From contig NC_086097.1 of the NCBI RefSeq assembly GCF_963921235.1, forward strand, positions 243,662,001 to 243,726,000: a stretch of DNA of 64,000 nucleotides, written 5' to 3'. Shown here in pieces: positions 1-13,164 of the stretch. The stretch is from Mobula hypostoma (lineage: Eukaryota). Both the position numbers and the translations under genes were made by a program. The notes beneath the pieces were generated by a model, which saw nothing but the letters and a program-made list of their open reading frames with translations, made no database searches and was not told the origin of the DNA. The first letter of the stretch is position 1. Each line of letters opens with the position of its first letter.

Positions 1-511
1 ATGTAGAAAACCTGGGTAACATTCCTCTAGGCCAAACAGTAGGCCTTTCCCTCGCTGGCAAAGAGCAATCGCACTGGTGATAAAAAAGGTAGTCTCTTCT
101 CTCCACATCAGAGTCATCTCACCTGCGATAGCAGAGCGATCCCACCAGCAATCAAAATGCAGGCAGCCGGCACTCACCTTCCGCATTCACCTTGATGTTT
201 CAATCTCCCTCTTCTTTTTAATCGGCAAACAATGGAAGCTTTAATCAGCAGAACGGAGTCGAACTTTGGCTCATGCCCCATCCCGCATCCTGCTCGCCAC
301 CAGGTTCATACATGCTGCCTCTGCCTCCTAGAATCCTCTCAGAGATTGCAGAGCATTGAAACACCCAAACAATCTCCAAACTGCAAAACAGGGCCTCCAA
401 CAGTTCCAGAATCTCATTTGAAACCCTGGTTCCCCTGGGCTGCATATATCTAGGGAATACATGCTCCAGTCCCACCATACCCATGAGATTGAGACATCCC
501 AAATCCCAAGT

Positions 512-999
512 TGTGTGAATGCTGTGTAATTTGCTACCCTCTTATAATTCAGTTCCAAGAAATACCAGACAGCTCACTGCATATGATTAAAGGAATTATA
601 TTTATGAACATTAACTTAGCTAAAGGGTTAGCAAAGAAAAGAAAGAGAAAAACATAAAAGGGCCCATTTTAGTTAAACAATCAAATGTGCACAAGTTGGA
701 GTGAACTCTTCCAATTGTCATATATATTCACCAATCCTAAGTAGAGCTCTGCTTGTTCTGCTTGTTCCTTCGAATCACGGTTCCCCAGCAAGTCAAATCT
801 TATGATCAGTTCTCTCTCTCTTCATCTCTGGCTGAGCAAATCCCACAGCTCCCACCGGTGTCAGGCACACAAAGAAAACCCACTTCCCTGATTGAACAGC
901 TCACATTCCAAAGCACTCATTATCTCTAACCTTAACCCAAGCACAGCTTCTACAGAAAGACCATTACATTAGCAGTGAAACCTTTATCAGGGTGTTACA
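512..999 (-). mobile_element. Probable solo LTR or LTR-like repeat
   Basis: Ends in ...GGGTGTTACA at 999 (TGTAAC on the minus strand), ~490 bp, no ORF. The left TG end and TSD are not clearly resolved. Confidence 0.35.
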
Positions 1000-1178
1000 C
1001 ATTCAATATGAAAAACGTATGTAAAGTGAAACGTATATTTTCATGATCTATCCGGAAGATGGCAACGGAAGGACCATTGTACCCAGACGCCCTTTTGACT
1101 GGAGGACGGACTGGAAAGAGAGAGGATAAGTTCAAATGAATGTGAACTTGTATTGGAATTGGTTTATTACTGTCACAT

Positions 1179-2284
1179 TGTCATGGTCCGGTTCGTAAAG
1201 TCCACATTCCGGTTCACGGTCCGGTCCATCGATCCTTATTCCAGGTTTTCCGGTTTACTCTTGTTCTGTTGGGGTGCCTAAATTGAGGCACCTGATTCTT
1301 ATTTTGGGCTGGCTACATAAATAGCTCCTGGGTTCAGCTTCAGTTGCTGGACTGTTCCCTTCTCTTCCTCTTCCTTCTGAAGCCTTTGCCTGTGTCCTTG
1401 CCTGTAATGCTGTCAAGTTCAACTGCTGGAGCAAGACTGGGGCCTTGTCGTGTCAAGATAAGGAACAGTCTGTTGTTGTTTGGAATTGTCTCTTTGTGTC
1501 CTTTGCTAGGTAGGTCTGGCTGTTTGCTGCGACCTAGTGTTGGGAACTGTCTCTTAGTGGCCTCGCCTGTGCTGGGTAGGTCTGGCTGTTTGCTGCTACC
1601 CTGAGTGGAAAACTGTCTCTTCGTGTTCAGTGTACTGTGTATAGGAAGAGCCCCGGCCCTTGGTCCTGTTCCATAGGAGGAGGTCCTGGCTCCGTGTGCT
1701 GTGTACGAGTCCTGGCCCTATGTCCTGCTCCCAAGGAGGGGTCCCGGCTCCGAGGTTCCTGAGCCCCAAGTCCAAGGCACCAAGATTCCTGAGCCCCAAG
1801 TCCAAATTAAGGCTTTGTGTTCTCGTCCTGTCCATGTGTCTCACCCAGCCCAGGAGTACCTTACCCAGCCCTGTGTTGGAGTTCCCTCATCCGGTGCTGG
1901 AGTTCCGTCCTCCTGTCCAGGAGTCTCTCGTCCTGTCCAAGCCATGTCTAAGCACCCCGTCCCGTAGTCTAGCCACATCCCATCTCGTAGCCTAGATCCG
2001 GAGTCCGAGCCCAAGTCAAGACCCAGGTTCTGGGTCCCTGTCCAGTCTCTGGCTCGGAGTCCTAGCCCAGGCTCCTTGTTCCTAGTTCCTTGTCTGGGTT
2101 CAGCGTTTCTTGTCCATGTCCTAGCCCAAGCCCTGCATCCTAGTCTCGTCCAGGGCCTGTGTCAATATCCAGTGTCCGTTCTTCCCCACTTCCCTTGCTT
2201 TCTTGACACTCCGAGTCCTGTTCCTAGTACTTCAGTGTCTGTGTCTTGCATTTGGGTATGCCTCCAACATGCCCCCTTCTGACA
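1179..2284 (+). mobile_element. Gypsy-type solo LTR or non-autonomous LTR element
   Basis: Termini TGTCA...TGACA; interrupts a LINE-tail repeat (ggtttattactgtcacat | catat) with a 3-4 bp (a)cat duplication; TATA-like tacataaata near 1314; internal short tandem repeats (1755-1805). Confidence 0.6.
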
Positions 2285-2849
2285 CATATAACAAGAAAAT
2301 CTTCTCTTGTACAGGGTTCATACAGATCAGATCATTACAACAGTCCATTGAGGTAGAACAAGCTAAAATAATAATATAATACAGAATAAAGTTTAAAAAC
2401 TTCACAGGAAGTGCAATGCAGGTAAACAATATGGTGTTGGATCATATCGAGTTAGCTTGTGAGATCAAGAGTTCAGTTTATCATATTAGGAAATAGCAGT
2501 GAGATCAAGGAGATGTATGGGCCAAATTTTTACACAGATGGTTGTGGGGGCCAGGAACAGACTAGCAAGGTAGTCATGCTAGACCGAGGCATTTAAGAGG
2601 CTTTTGTGAAGAGCCTTTTAAGAAGCTTTGATCTTAAATGCTAGTTGGCAGGGTGGAGATATATCTCTTACAAAGGAGGTGCAAAGCACTCCTTCCCTCT
2701 GCATAGACAGAAGACATCCGTTTTATTAGGTATTTAATTACAAAGTCAATTAGTTCAGCACGACGTTTTGGTCTTGTGATGTTCTATATCTGAGACAGAA
2801 TATCTGGCATCAGATTTTGCATTCTCTAGTCATTTCTAGTCAATGGAGG

Positions 2850-3230
2850 GTGTTCTGTGGAGAGTATTCTAACTGACTGCATTGCAGTCTGGTAAGGAGG
2901 GGTAATAACACAGGATCAGAAAAAGCTGCAAACTCAGCCAGTTCCATCATGGGTGCGAGCCTCCCCAGCATTCAGGACACCTTCAAAAGGCAATGCCTCA
3001 AAAGGGCGGTATCCATCTTTAAGGAACCCAAGTCACTCAGGTCATGCCCTCTTCTCATTGCTCCCATCAGGGAGGAGATACAGGAGCCCAAAGACACACA
3101 CTCAACATTTTAGGAACAGCTTCTTCCCCTCCATCTAATTTCTGCATGGACAATGAACCCATGTATACTACCTCACTATATATTTTCTTTGCTCTCTTTT
3201 GCAAGATATTTAATTTAATACTTCTAAATA
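2850..3230 (+). mobile_element. Rex1/Babar-type LINE 3' fragment
   Basis: Translates to PSHSGHALFSLLPSGRRYRS...FRNSFFP, a typical Rex1/Babar ORF C-terminus, followed by an AT-rich tail. Confidence 0.75.
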
Positions 3231-3239
3231 TATGTCTTA

Positions 3240-3440
3240 TGGATCTAACATACAGAGAGGCTTTGAGGAAAGAGAAGCAGAATAAACGGTGTAAAGACAG
3301 TAAGGTAGAAGGGCTGAAATGTGTGTACCTCAATGCAAGAAGCATCAGGAACAAAGGTGATGAACTGAGAGTTTGGATACATACATGGAATTATGATGTA
3401 GTGGCCATTACAGAGACTTGGCTGGCACCAGGATAGGAAT
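3240..3440 (+). mobile_element. CR1 LINE ORF2 endonuclease N-terminal fragment
   Basis: LKCVYLNARSIRNKGDEL...YDVVAITETWL (APE endonuclease motifs). Confidence 0.85.
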
Positions 3441-3842
3441 GATGATCTGGAAGGGAAGGGCTGGTACTGTGCTGTACTGATCTAAGTTCTTTATTCTATT
3501 TAACAAAACTTTTGGATTGAGTTTTGGAATAAATGTGTTTGTTTATGCTCTATATTCTTATGTCTTTATGAATGGACAGCTGGAGACTTTTTCCCAGGAC
3601 TGAAATGGCTCATAAGAATGATATAATTTTGAATTGACTGGAGGAAAGTATAAGGGTGTAGATAGGTTTTTTTTTACAGAGTGGTGGCTGGTGGTGGTAG
3701 AGGCAGATAATTTGGGGATTTTTAAAAGTCTTAAATAGGCACACGGATGATAGAGAAAAAGAACGCTATGTTGGAGGGAAGGGTTAGATTGATCCCGGAA
3801 TAGTTTAGAAGGTTGGCATAACATTGTGGGCTGAACGGTCTG

Positions 3843-4290
3843 TCAGATCTGTTTATTTTCTGATCCTTAGGGTACTTCTGAATGTCAGGAATGATGAGCA
3901 GTCTTAATTCCAAGATTTCAGTTCATTTTAGATTTCACTTGCTTCTGCAAATACTAAGCAAACTAATTAAACAGCCAAGAAACGATGCTAAGAGGGGAAT
4001 TAATGCCAAGACAAAAGAATAAAAATGATGCTTCTGTAAAATCTATCAATTTTACAGATGAGATAAGAAATTCTGTAGATAAAGATAAACTAGTTAATAG
4101 GCCACATGATTAAAACAATTACATTATGTGTGTAATGTGCTAAAACTTAGCCAATAAAAAATGAGAAAGGTGATAAACCATTAGTTTAGCTGCTATATCA
4201 CTTTGTCAGTGACTGTGAAAAATACATGAGTTTGCTAAAAAGTACAAATCTTATAAAAAGTTTTATTTTTTTTTAAAGCAGTGGTTTCCA
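3843..4290. repeat. Copy A of a locally duplicated ~440-bp block not assigned to a TE family
   Basis: Colinear with 20553-20980; shared blocks include gctaagaggggaattaatgc and gataaaccattagtttagctgctatatcactt. Confidence 0.85.
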
Positions 4291-4729
4291 TTCCAGCAGG
4301 TCTTTTCTGTGTTCTATTCATTTTTTCTCTGACGAATGTAGCTAAGTCAAATTCCAGTTAACTGTTTTCCACAAACTTTTGAAAATAACCAAATTAGTTA
4401 CTTTGTCAAAACATACACACAAGAATCTGAAAGGCTGTATTAATTCCTTTAAATACACACAGAAACCTGATGAAGTATATTGATTACTTTAAATCTTTAC
4501 CACATTATTTTTTTTTATCAATCTGGTAACTTCAACCTGGTAAAAATTGGAAACAAATGAAAGTACAGATGTTGGAACTAAAATAAAAACAAAAATGCTG
4601 GGAGAACTCAGCATTTGTGAAAAGACAATCCAGTCAACATCCAGTCAGTATCCCTCCTCTCTCTGGGGCAATCTGTCTCTTTGAAAATCTAATTTGCTGG
4701 GAACATTCTGCACAATTCTGAGAGCCATT

Positions 4730-6805
4730 GATATTCTGAAAATGTCAAAAGGAGACTTTAGTCTACACCTAGGATACACATTGTATCGAAAGGGCAGACA
4801 AGAAAGCAGAGGGGGATGGGACGGCTGTGTTCACACAAAAAAAATGAAATCAAATTCTTAGTAAGAGGTTACATAGAATCAGAAGATGTAGAATCCTTGT
4901 GGGTAGAGTTGAGAAACTATAAAGGTAAAAAGACCCTGGTGGGAATTATATACAGGTCTCCAAACATTAGCTATTAGTGGGATATAAGTTTCAACGGGAA
5001 TAGCAAAAGCATGTAAAAAAGGGCAATATTACAATAGTCATGGGGGAATGTCATTATGCAGGTAGATTAGGAAAATTAGTTTGGTGCTGGATCCCAAGAG
5101 AAGGAATTCGCAGGATACCTATGAGATGACTTTTTGGAGCAGCTTGTGGTTGAGCACATTAGGGGAAAGTCAATTCAGGATTGGGTGTTGCATAATGAAC
5201 CAGATTTGATTAGAGAGTTTAAGGTGAAGGAACCATTGGGAGGCAGTGATCATAATATGATAGAATTCATCCTGTAGTTTGAGACGGAGAAGCTAAACTC
5301 GGATGTATCGGTATTACGGTGGAGTAAAGGGAATTTCAGAGGCATAGGAGTGGAGCTGACTAAAGTTGATTGAAAGGAGTCACCCATTGGGATGACAGGA
5401 TGATGGTAGAACAGCAATGGCTGGAGTTTCTAGGGACAAGATACAACTTTGTAGATACTTCCCAAAGATGAAGACGTATTCTGAAGGGGCGATGAGGCAA
5501 CCATAGCTGACAAGGGAAGCCAAAGACAGCATAAAAGCAAAAGAGAGGGCATACAATATAGCAAAAATTAGTGGGAAGTTAGAGGGTTGAGAAGTTTTTA
5601 ATAACCAACAGAAGGCAACTAAAAAAGCCATAAAGAGATTAAATATGAGGGTAAGCTAGACAATAAAGTAAAGGAGGATACCAAATGCTTTTCAGATATA
5701 TAAAGAGTAAAAGACAAGAATGAATTTCGGACCTCTGGAAAATGAAAATGAAGGGGTAGTAATGCAATGGAAAAAGGAAACGATGGACAAATTAATTAAG
5801 TATTTTGTGTCAGAGGAAGACACTAGCAGTATGTCAGAAATTCAAGACTTTATTTGCAGAAGTGAGTATAATTATGATTACTAAAGAGAAGGTGCTTGGG
5901 AAGCTGAAAGGTCTGCAGGTAGGTAGGTCATCTGGACCAGATGGACTGCACCTCAGGGTTCTGAAAAAGGTAGCTGAAGTGATTATTGAAGCATTAGTAA
6001 TGATCTTTCAAGAATCACTACATTCTGGAATGGCTCCAGAGGACCAGAAAATAGCAAAGGTCACTCTACTCTTTCAGAAGGGTGGAATATAATAGAGGGA
6101 AGTATATGATCATGCACTTTAGTAGAAGGAATAAAGGCACAGACTATTTTCTAAATGGGGAGAAAATTCAAGAATCAGAGTTACAAAGGCACTTGGGAGC
6201 TCTAGTGCAGAATTCCCTACGTTAATTTGCAGGTTGGGTTAGTGGTGAAGAAGGCAAATGCAATGTTAACATTCAGCTCGAGAGGAATAGAATATAAAAG
6301 CAAGCATGTAATGCTGAGGCTTTATAAGGCATTGGTCTGAGTGCATGGAGTATTGTGAGCAGTTTTGCGTCTTTTATCTAAGAAAAGATGTGCTGAAATT
6401 GGACAGTATTCAGAGGAGATTCACGAGAATGATTCTAGGAATGAAAGGGTTAACATAGGAGCATTTGATGGCTCTAGGCTTGTGCTCACTGGAGTTTAGA
6501 AGAATGATGAGGTAATTTCATTGAAACCCAACAAATATTGAAAGGCTGAGATAGTGGATGTGGAGAGAATGTTTCCTATACTGTAGTAGGAGAGTCTAAG
6601 AATACAGGGTAGTCTCAGCATTGAGACATGTCCATTTAGAATGGAGATGAAAAGAAATTTCTTTGGCCAGAGGGTAGTGCATCTCTGGAATTCATTGCCA
6701 CAGACAGCTGTGCAGGCTAGTCATTGGGTATATTTAAAGGGGACGTTGATAGGGTGTCAAAAGTTATGAAGAGAAGGTGGGAGAATGAGGTTGAGAGGGA
6801 TAAAA
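4730..6805 (+). mobile_element. Degraded CR1 LINE (endonuclease, linker, internally deleted RT, 3' end)
   Basis: Remnants of GIIYRSP, LGGSDHNMIEF, SSGPDGLHLRVLK and the CR1 3' region, with many stops and frameshifts. Confidence 0.85.
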
Positions 6806-6876
6806 AAGTTGACAAGCTGGAATGAAAAGACTAGCACAAATGATTCATGGGAAAGAAATCCATGAATCCATTAAGG

Positions 6877-6950
6877 TGAGGGTTCCCAGCATTTTTTATG
6901 CCATGTACCATTAATCGAGGGGTCTGTAGACCCCAGGTTGGGAACCCCTG
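6877..6950. mobile_element. Tiny hAT (Charlie/MER-like) MITE
   Basis: agggttcccagc...ggttgggaacccctg inverted termini; flanks cattaagg/cattaaaa resemble a decayed 8-bp TSD. Confidence 0.55.
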
Positions 6951-7239
6951 CATTAAAACCTGTTGGTAATAAAAATCATTGAAAATGTGCCTTTGAACAT
7001 AGAACATACAACATTATAGCACAGTGCAGGCCCTTCAGCCCATAATGTTCTGCTGTCTAATAAATACAATATAACCCTTCCCTCTTACATAGTCCTCCAT
7101 TTTTCTATCATCAATGTGCCTATCTAAATGACCCTATAATGTATCTGCCTCTACCATCACCACTGGCAGCCAGTTCCAAGCACCCACTACTCTCCGTGTA
7201 AGAAACGTACCTCTGGCAACCCTCTCTACTCTCTCTGCA

Positions 7240-7600
7240 ATCATGGCTGTGTGGCAAGGCACAGCTCAAACGCCATCTATACTATTGCTGATGGATCCAC
7301 CGTTGTTGGTAGAATTGCAGATGGCAAAAGTTTGATGGGAGCGGAATGAGATAGATCGGCTGATTGAATGGTGTTACATCAACACATCTACTCATCATCA
7401 GCAAGACCAAGGATTTGATTGTGGACTTTAGGAAGGTGAAGTCAAGAGAATGCATACAAGTCCTGTTTGAGATAGTCAGCAATGGGAAGGGTGAGCAACA
7501 TCAAGTTCTTGGGTGTCAGCATCTCAGAGGACCTATCCTTGGCCCAACAGTCCCAAAGAAAGCACACCGGGGTTTACAATTCATTTAGAGTTTTAGGAGA
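7240..7600 (+). mobile_element. Rex1/Babar LINE RT fragment
   Basis: ISKTKDLIVDFRK and KFLGV-type motifs. Confidence 0.7.
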
Positions 7601-7604
7601 TTTA

Positions 7605-8720
7605 GTAGAGTGCGGAAATCTTAGATGCACTAGATTTTTTATATAATTTTTATTTTAGATCCTTATTTTTTGTTTTCTGCATTAGCGTGTGATTAGAAAA
7701 GAGAGCAAATTTTATATTTCCAACCATTTATTTTCATAAAATATCAAAAGTTAGAGAAATTTTTGTATCTCATTAAAGGAAATAACTTATTAAGTAATAG
7801 ACCATTTTCAATTAAAAACCTGATTACTTTGTAGGTGTATAACCCAGTGCAACCTGATGCCCCTTCTAAATCGGAAGAAGTCCAGCACGGCTATCAGCTC
7901 TGAACTCACAGAAACCACTGGAACCCAAGTACAGCCCTCTATAGTCCGGACAAATCTTGTCAGAAGTGGTCTTCGTGGAAGAGTTGCTGCCTAAAAACCA
8001 TTCTTCCAAAGTGGAAACAAAGTCAGAGACTCGCCTATGCATAAAAACACAAGAAGCAGGGTACTAAACAATGCCAGCAAGTACTCTGGACTGGCGAGTC
8101 AATATTTGACATTTTTGGCTCAAGCAGGAGGCAATTTGTCCTAAGAAGAGCTGGAGAGTGCTCCATGGATGAGTGTCTGCAGCCAACAATGCAATATGGT
8201 GAAGGTTTTCTGCAGGATTGGGGCTGCATTTCTGTAAATGGAGTTGGTGATCTGGTGAGAATTAATGGAATCCTCAGTGTTGAGAAGTATAAGCAGATTT
8301 TCATCCATCACACAATACCATCAGGCGGCATCTGATCAGTCCCAATTCCATTCTGCAGCAGGACAATGTTCCCAAACACACGGTCAAGGTAATAAAAAAA
8401 TTGTCTTCTCTGAAAAGAAGAATAAGGAGTTCTGTAGATGGTATGGTCTCCACAGACCCCGGATCTCAACGTCATCGAGGCTTTCTGGGATTACCTGAAG
8501 AGAGAGAAGCAGGCGTGACAGCCAAAGTCTGCAGAAGAACTCTGGCAAGTTTTCCAAAAAGCGTGGAACAACCTACCAGCTGATTTTCTTACTGAACTGC
8601 TTGACATTGTGCCTAAAAGAATTGATGTAGTTTTAAAGGCTAAGGATGGCCACACCAAATATTGATATGATTTAGTTTTTTTTAACTGTTTACTGATCTT
8701 TATACAGACATTTGAATACA
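7605..8720 (+). mobile_element. Degraded Tc1-like DNA transposon
   Basis: Transposase remnants VLWTGES.FDIFG, WGCIS..GVG, FILQQDN.PKH, TPDLNVIE..WD and DGHTKY* at ~7950-8667. Confidence 0.85.
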
Positions 8721-8734
8721 TGTCTACATTGCTG

Positions 8735-9610
8735 TTACTATAGGTTCAAGAGCCACAAATTAATGTTGCAGCTCTATAAAACCCTAGTTAGACCACGTGA
8801 AATATTGTGCTTAGTTCTGGTCACCCCGTTATAGGAAGGGTATTGAAGCTTTTAGCTGGCTGGTGGCGCAGTGACATCAGTGCCGGACTCTGGAGTGAAG
8901 GTTCCCGAGTTCGAACCCAGTCGGGCCGCTACCAGGCTCGCTTTCTATCCATGCCAGGTTGCGTGTCAAGCTCGCAACTTGGCCTCCTAAAAAAAAACAC
9001 TACACTGTGAGAAGGACATGGGGGACCACTCACAGAATCTTTCCTCCAAGACAACCACTTGAAAAAGTGGTCACTGAGGCTCTGGCAGAGCATGGCACAC
9101 ACGAAAAAATTGAAGCTTTAGAGAGGGTGCAGAGGAGACTTACCAGGGTGCTGCCTGGATTAGAGGGCATGTCTTACGAGGATAGAGTGAGTGAGCTAGG
9201 GCTTTTCTCTTTAGAGAAAAGGAGAATGAAAGGTGACTGGATGGAGGTGTACACTATAATAAGAGGCATAGATTGAGTGGATAGCCAGAGACATTTTCCC
9301 AGGGTGGAAATGGGTGATACGAGGGGGCATAATTTTAAGCTGATCAGAGGAAAGCATAGGGAGATGTCAGAGGTATGTTCTTTACGCAGAGAATGGTGGG
9401 TATGTAGAACACCAGGGTGGTGGTAGAGGCAGATACATTAGGGGCATTTAAGAGGCTCCAAAATAGGCATGTGGATAATTGAAAAATGGAAGGCTATGTG
9501 GGAGAGAAGGGTTAGGTTGATCTCAGAGTAGGTTAATGGGTCGACACAACATTGTGGACTGAAGGGCCTGGGTTGGTGCTGTAATGTTCTATATTTACAG
9601 TGTTCTATGT
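8735..9610 (+). mobile_element. CR1 LINE 3' portion, interrupted by a SINE
   Basis: IEALERVQRRLTRVLPGLEGMSYEDR..ELGLFSLEKRR and the tgttcta-repeat tail. Confidence 0.9.
8853..9108 (+). mobile_element. tRNA-derived SINE
   Basis: A-box-like tggcgcagtg and B-box gagttcgaaccc; A-rich end; 11-bp TSD attgaagcttt at 8842-8852 and 9109-9119. Confidence 0.85.
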
Positions 9611-10026
9611 TCTAAATCTATGAAAATGTGAAATAAGATGATTCACAGTTATGTAGATTTTTTGTGAAATCCAAAGTGAACATTCATAACTAATTCACAT
9701 CTCTGATCCATCATAACATGAAGTGTCTTTTTCTTAAAAGATAACATTTTTGATTTTCCTCTTGACTTTGTTCAATGAGTGACAGTGTTGATAAATTTAC
9801 TGCATGAAGCGAATGGGACTGCAGGGGCAGCAAAAGAAAAGAGTAGAGGTCGGCCGATTTTCTGTACAGGTGGATATCAGACTTGAGGTGATGGAATTAA
9901 TTATTAACCATTATGTTTCTTAATGTTTCTTAATGAATGTTTCTTAATGCTGCATTGTGCTGCTAGGGATGGTGATAGAGGCAGATGCATTAAGGATATT
10001 TAAAAGGTCCTTAGACAGGCATGTGG

Positions 10027-10651
10027 GGACGGGTGAGTCTGGGCTGGACGTCCTGCTCACTTAAGGAAGGTGAAGTCTCTCCTTTCCAGGTGTAGTGACC
10101 GCTGCAGGACCACTGTTTGGCTTGCCACTCACTCATATATGGCCTCTCCTACACTGCTGCATCCATAGCAACGCCTTCACATGGCGTCCCTGTTCTTACT
10201 GAGTTTGCTATGTCATGGCGTGACCGAGTGTCCAGCGGTATAGCTGGGCGGGCAGGCTGAGTCATCAGTCTTGGTTGGCAGCCAGCCTAGGCCAACTCCA
10301 ATTCCAAACCCGGGTAGGTGGGACTCGTTAGCCTTGCCAGACAGCCTGTCTAGGAGATGGAAAACTCCGATTCCAAACCCGGGTAGATGGGACTTCTTAG
10401 CCTTCCCAGAGAGTCTGTCTAGGAGAAGGAAAACTCCAATACTCAGCCTACAACCTTGTGGTCTCCACAGTCATCACAGCTCACTGTTCCATTGTGGAAT
10501 GTCCCCCGGCCCAAAGAGTGGAATCGGTCCGCGTGCACTGATCCTCACTGTAAACCTACTCAGTGCAGCGAGAAGAAAAATCCTACAGCAATGGTATTTT
10601 CCCTCCTGATCTTTGCAGTCGAAGGACCAGCCATCATTATCATCATCAGAG
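10027..10651 (+). mobile_element. Non-autonomous, probably RTE-derived retroelement with an internal 69-bp tandem duplication
   Basis: 10-bp TSD aggcatgtgg (10017-10026 and 10652-10661) inside a CR1 tail; (CAT)n 3' tail; two 69-bp units at ~10294-10431. Confidence 0.7.
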
Positions 10652-11361
10652 AGGCATGTGGATGGAAAACAAAGTGAAGGGCTATGTGGGAGAGAAGGGT
10701 GAGATTGATCTTGGAGTAGGTTAAGGGGTTGGCATGATATCATGGACTGAAGGGCTTGAACTGTGTTGTAATATTCTATATTCTCAGATCCAGTTTCTAA
10801 CTACAGCCTATTCATGTCTGTGTAAAGATTCTTGTCACTGCATGCTGCTTTCCTGTACACCCACTGGGTACAATCTCAGTGCTTATTCAGTGAAATATCA
10901 GCTAGATTTCATTCAAAGGTTTTACATCTTCATTACCACTGAGATTCTCGTTGGAAGATGTGTTGGCGAGTTGGAACATTTTCTCACCCATGTATCAACA
11001 CCCAATGTTCCCAGGTGGGCTCATGCTGGCGCTTTGAGTCTGGTGAGCTGGGGAGTCATGGGAACATAATTGTAGTGATGTGCTTGCATAGAATAGTATC
11101 CAAAAAATAACTAAGTACCTGGTGTGTGTTTTATTTCTGGTCACACAACACTGATGTTCCATCACCTTTTCACCATGTTGGAATTTGAAATTGGAATTGG
11201 TTTATTATTGTCACATGTATCAAGTTACAGTGAAAAGCTTAACTTGCGCACTGTTCATACAGATCAAATCATTACACAGTGCATTGAGGTAGAACAAGGT
11301 GAAAAAATAACAATACAGAACAAAGTATAACAATTAGAGAAAGGGCAGTGCAGCTAGATAA

Positions 11362-12302
11362 GAGCGGACAACAATGATTTTGCTTCCTGAATACTTTAGC
11401 GTATATCTTAAAGGTTTTTGGCTACTGAGCATAAAATCACCATGAAATTTCCTTCACACACCATTTGTTAACGATTGCCTATAGTTGTTATTTCAATTCA
11501 TAATTCAAGTCAATTAAAATGTTGCCCACATTGTAAGCTGCATAGTTTTCTATCTTGTCCAGGCGTGCCTGGGTACGTTTAGGCAGGGTGGATGCTGCAT
11601 GGGGGAACAGGTTTTAGAAAGGCTATAAGCTTCCGTGAAAGATTTCGATATTTGAGACAGATATTTCCTGGAGTAATTGATGCCAAGATTAAGGAAGGTA
11701 TTTTTGTTGGTCCACAAAGCAAACAGGTCATCAATGACAGGCAATTCAAAGAAATTCTTGTGGGACCAGAGAAAATCTCATAGAAGGGATTCAAGGATGT
11801 TGCTGAAAATTTTCTTGACAACTACAGAGCACCAGACTACATTTAGCTGGATGACAACATGCTTCAAGCATGAAAAAGTATGAAGTGCAATATGTCGCTG
11901 AAGGTTCATTTTCTGCATTCCCATTTAGACTTCTTCACTGCAAATCTTGGCTCTGTCAGTGACGAGCAGTGATATTACAGTAATGGAGAAACGGTATCAG
12001 CGCAACTGGAATTCATCAATGCCGGCTAATTATTGTTCGCCACTTAAGTGAGAACCCTCCAACACTGAGTATAAATGCAATTGTTAACAAAACATTTTAC
12101 CTTAGTTGAACTATTGCAAAGTGTCAACACTGTTATGCAATTGAACACATTATAATTAATAAAAGTTAATTTCTTGTTTCTCCAACTTCCTACATGATAC
12201 GAGTAGTCTGAAATTATATTTGTGTTCAGCTTCAAGCGGCCTAATATAAACAAAAACAAATTCTGAGGAAGCAACTCTTGAAAAAAAATATTGTCCAATG
12301 TA
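11362..12302 (+). mobile_element. Degraded DNA transposon, KIKEGIFVGPQ / HLDFF..NLG.VSDE family (possibly TcMar-m44-like)
   Basis: Fragments DAKIKEGIFVGPQ, MKCNMSLKVHFLHSHLDFF..NLGSVSDE and MEKRYQ; short imperfect terminal repeats (ggacaa...ttgcttcct). Confidence 0.7.
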
Positions 12303-12674
12303 AGGTGCAAGATCATGTGGCAGGTCGTGAGGTCAAGAATCCATCTACTGTACTAAGGAACCAGTGAATAGTCTCATAACAATGGGGCAGAAGCTGCCTT
12401 GAAGACTGGTGATACATGCTTTTAGGCTTTTGTATCTTCTGCCGATGGAAAAGGGGAGAAGAGAGAATGTCCAGGATGGGTGCAGTCTTTGATTATGCTG
12501 GCTAATTTACTGAGGCAACAGGATGTGTAGAGTGTCTGTGGAGGGGTGGTTGGTTCCTTGATGTGCTGAGCTGCGCTCACAATTCTCTGAATTTTCTTGA
12601 AGTCACGTGAAGAGCAATTGACATATATTGGTGTAACTCTCTGTTAACACATGCTCATTATTTCAGACTTTCAG

Positions 12675-13150
12675 AGTTGGGAGTACATGAACGTAGTTAC
12701 CGGAATGTAGTGTCACAGGTAGACGCGGTGGTGAAGGCATTTGGCACTCTAGTCTTTATCAGTCAAAGCAATGAGATCTGCGCTTGGGACATTGTATTGC
12801 AGTTGTACATGTCATTGGTAAGGCTACACTTGGAGTATCATTACAGCTTTAGTCATCCTCTTGTAGGAAAGACATCATTATGCTGGAGTGCAAAGATGAT
12901 TGACGGGAACCTTTCCAGGACTTGAGGGCCTGAGCTACAGGGAGAGGTTGAGCACACTAAGACTTTATTCCTTGGAGTGTAGGGGACTTGAGGGAGACTT
13001 CATAGAGGTGCATAAAATCATGAGAGGCACAGATGTGGCTTGATTCCTTCTTCCAGGGTAAAGGACTCAAAACAAGTATAGGGCAGAGATTTAAGGCGAG
13101 AAGGAAAAATTTTACTTTAAAGGTGAAGGGAAACTTCTTCACATGGGGAT
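12675..13150 (+). mobile_element. CR1 LINE 3' fragment
   Basis: LQLYMSLVRLHLEY and SYRERL motifs. Confidence 0.8.
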
Positions 13151-13164
13151 TGGTATATGGCCGT

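Noticed and set aside
1344..2282. Several Pro/Ser/Val-rich ORFs
   Set aside because: They arise from low-complexity repeats within an LTR-like element and show no gag or pol motifs.
8855..8935. tRNA gene
   Set aside because: It has A/B boxes but is the head of a TSD-flanked SINE, and I see no clean acceptor stem.
10919..11042. Host coding exon (FTSSLPLRFSLEDVLASWNIFSPMYQHPMFP)
   Set aside because: The acceptor is weak, two frames are open and no protein family is recognisable, so it is indistinguishable from chance.
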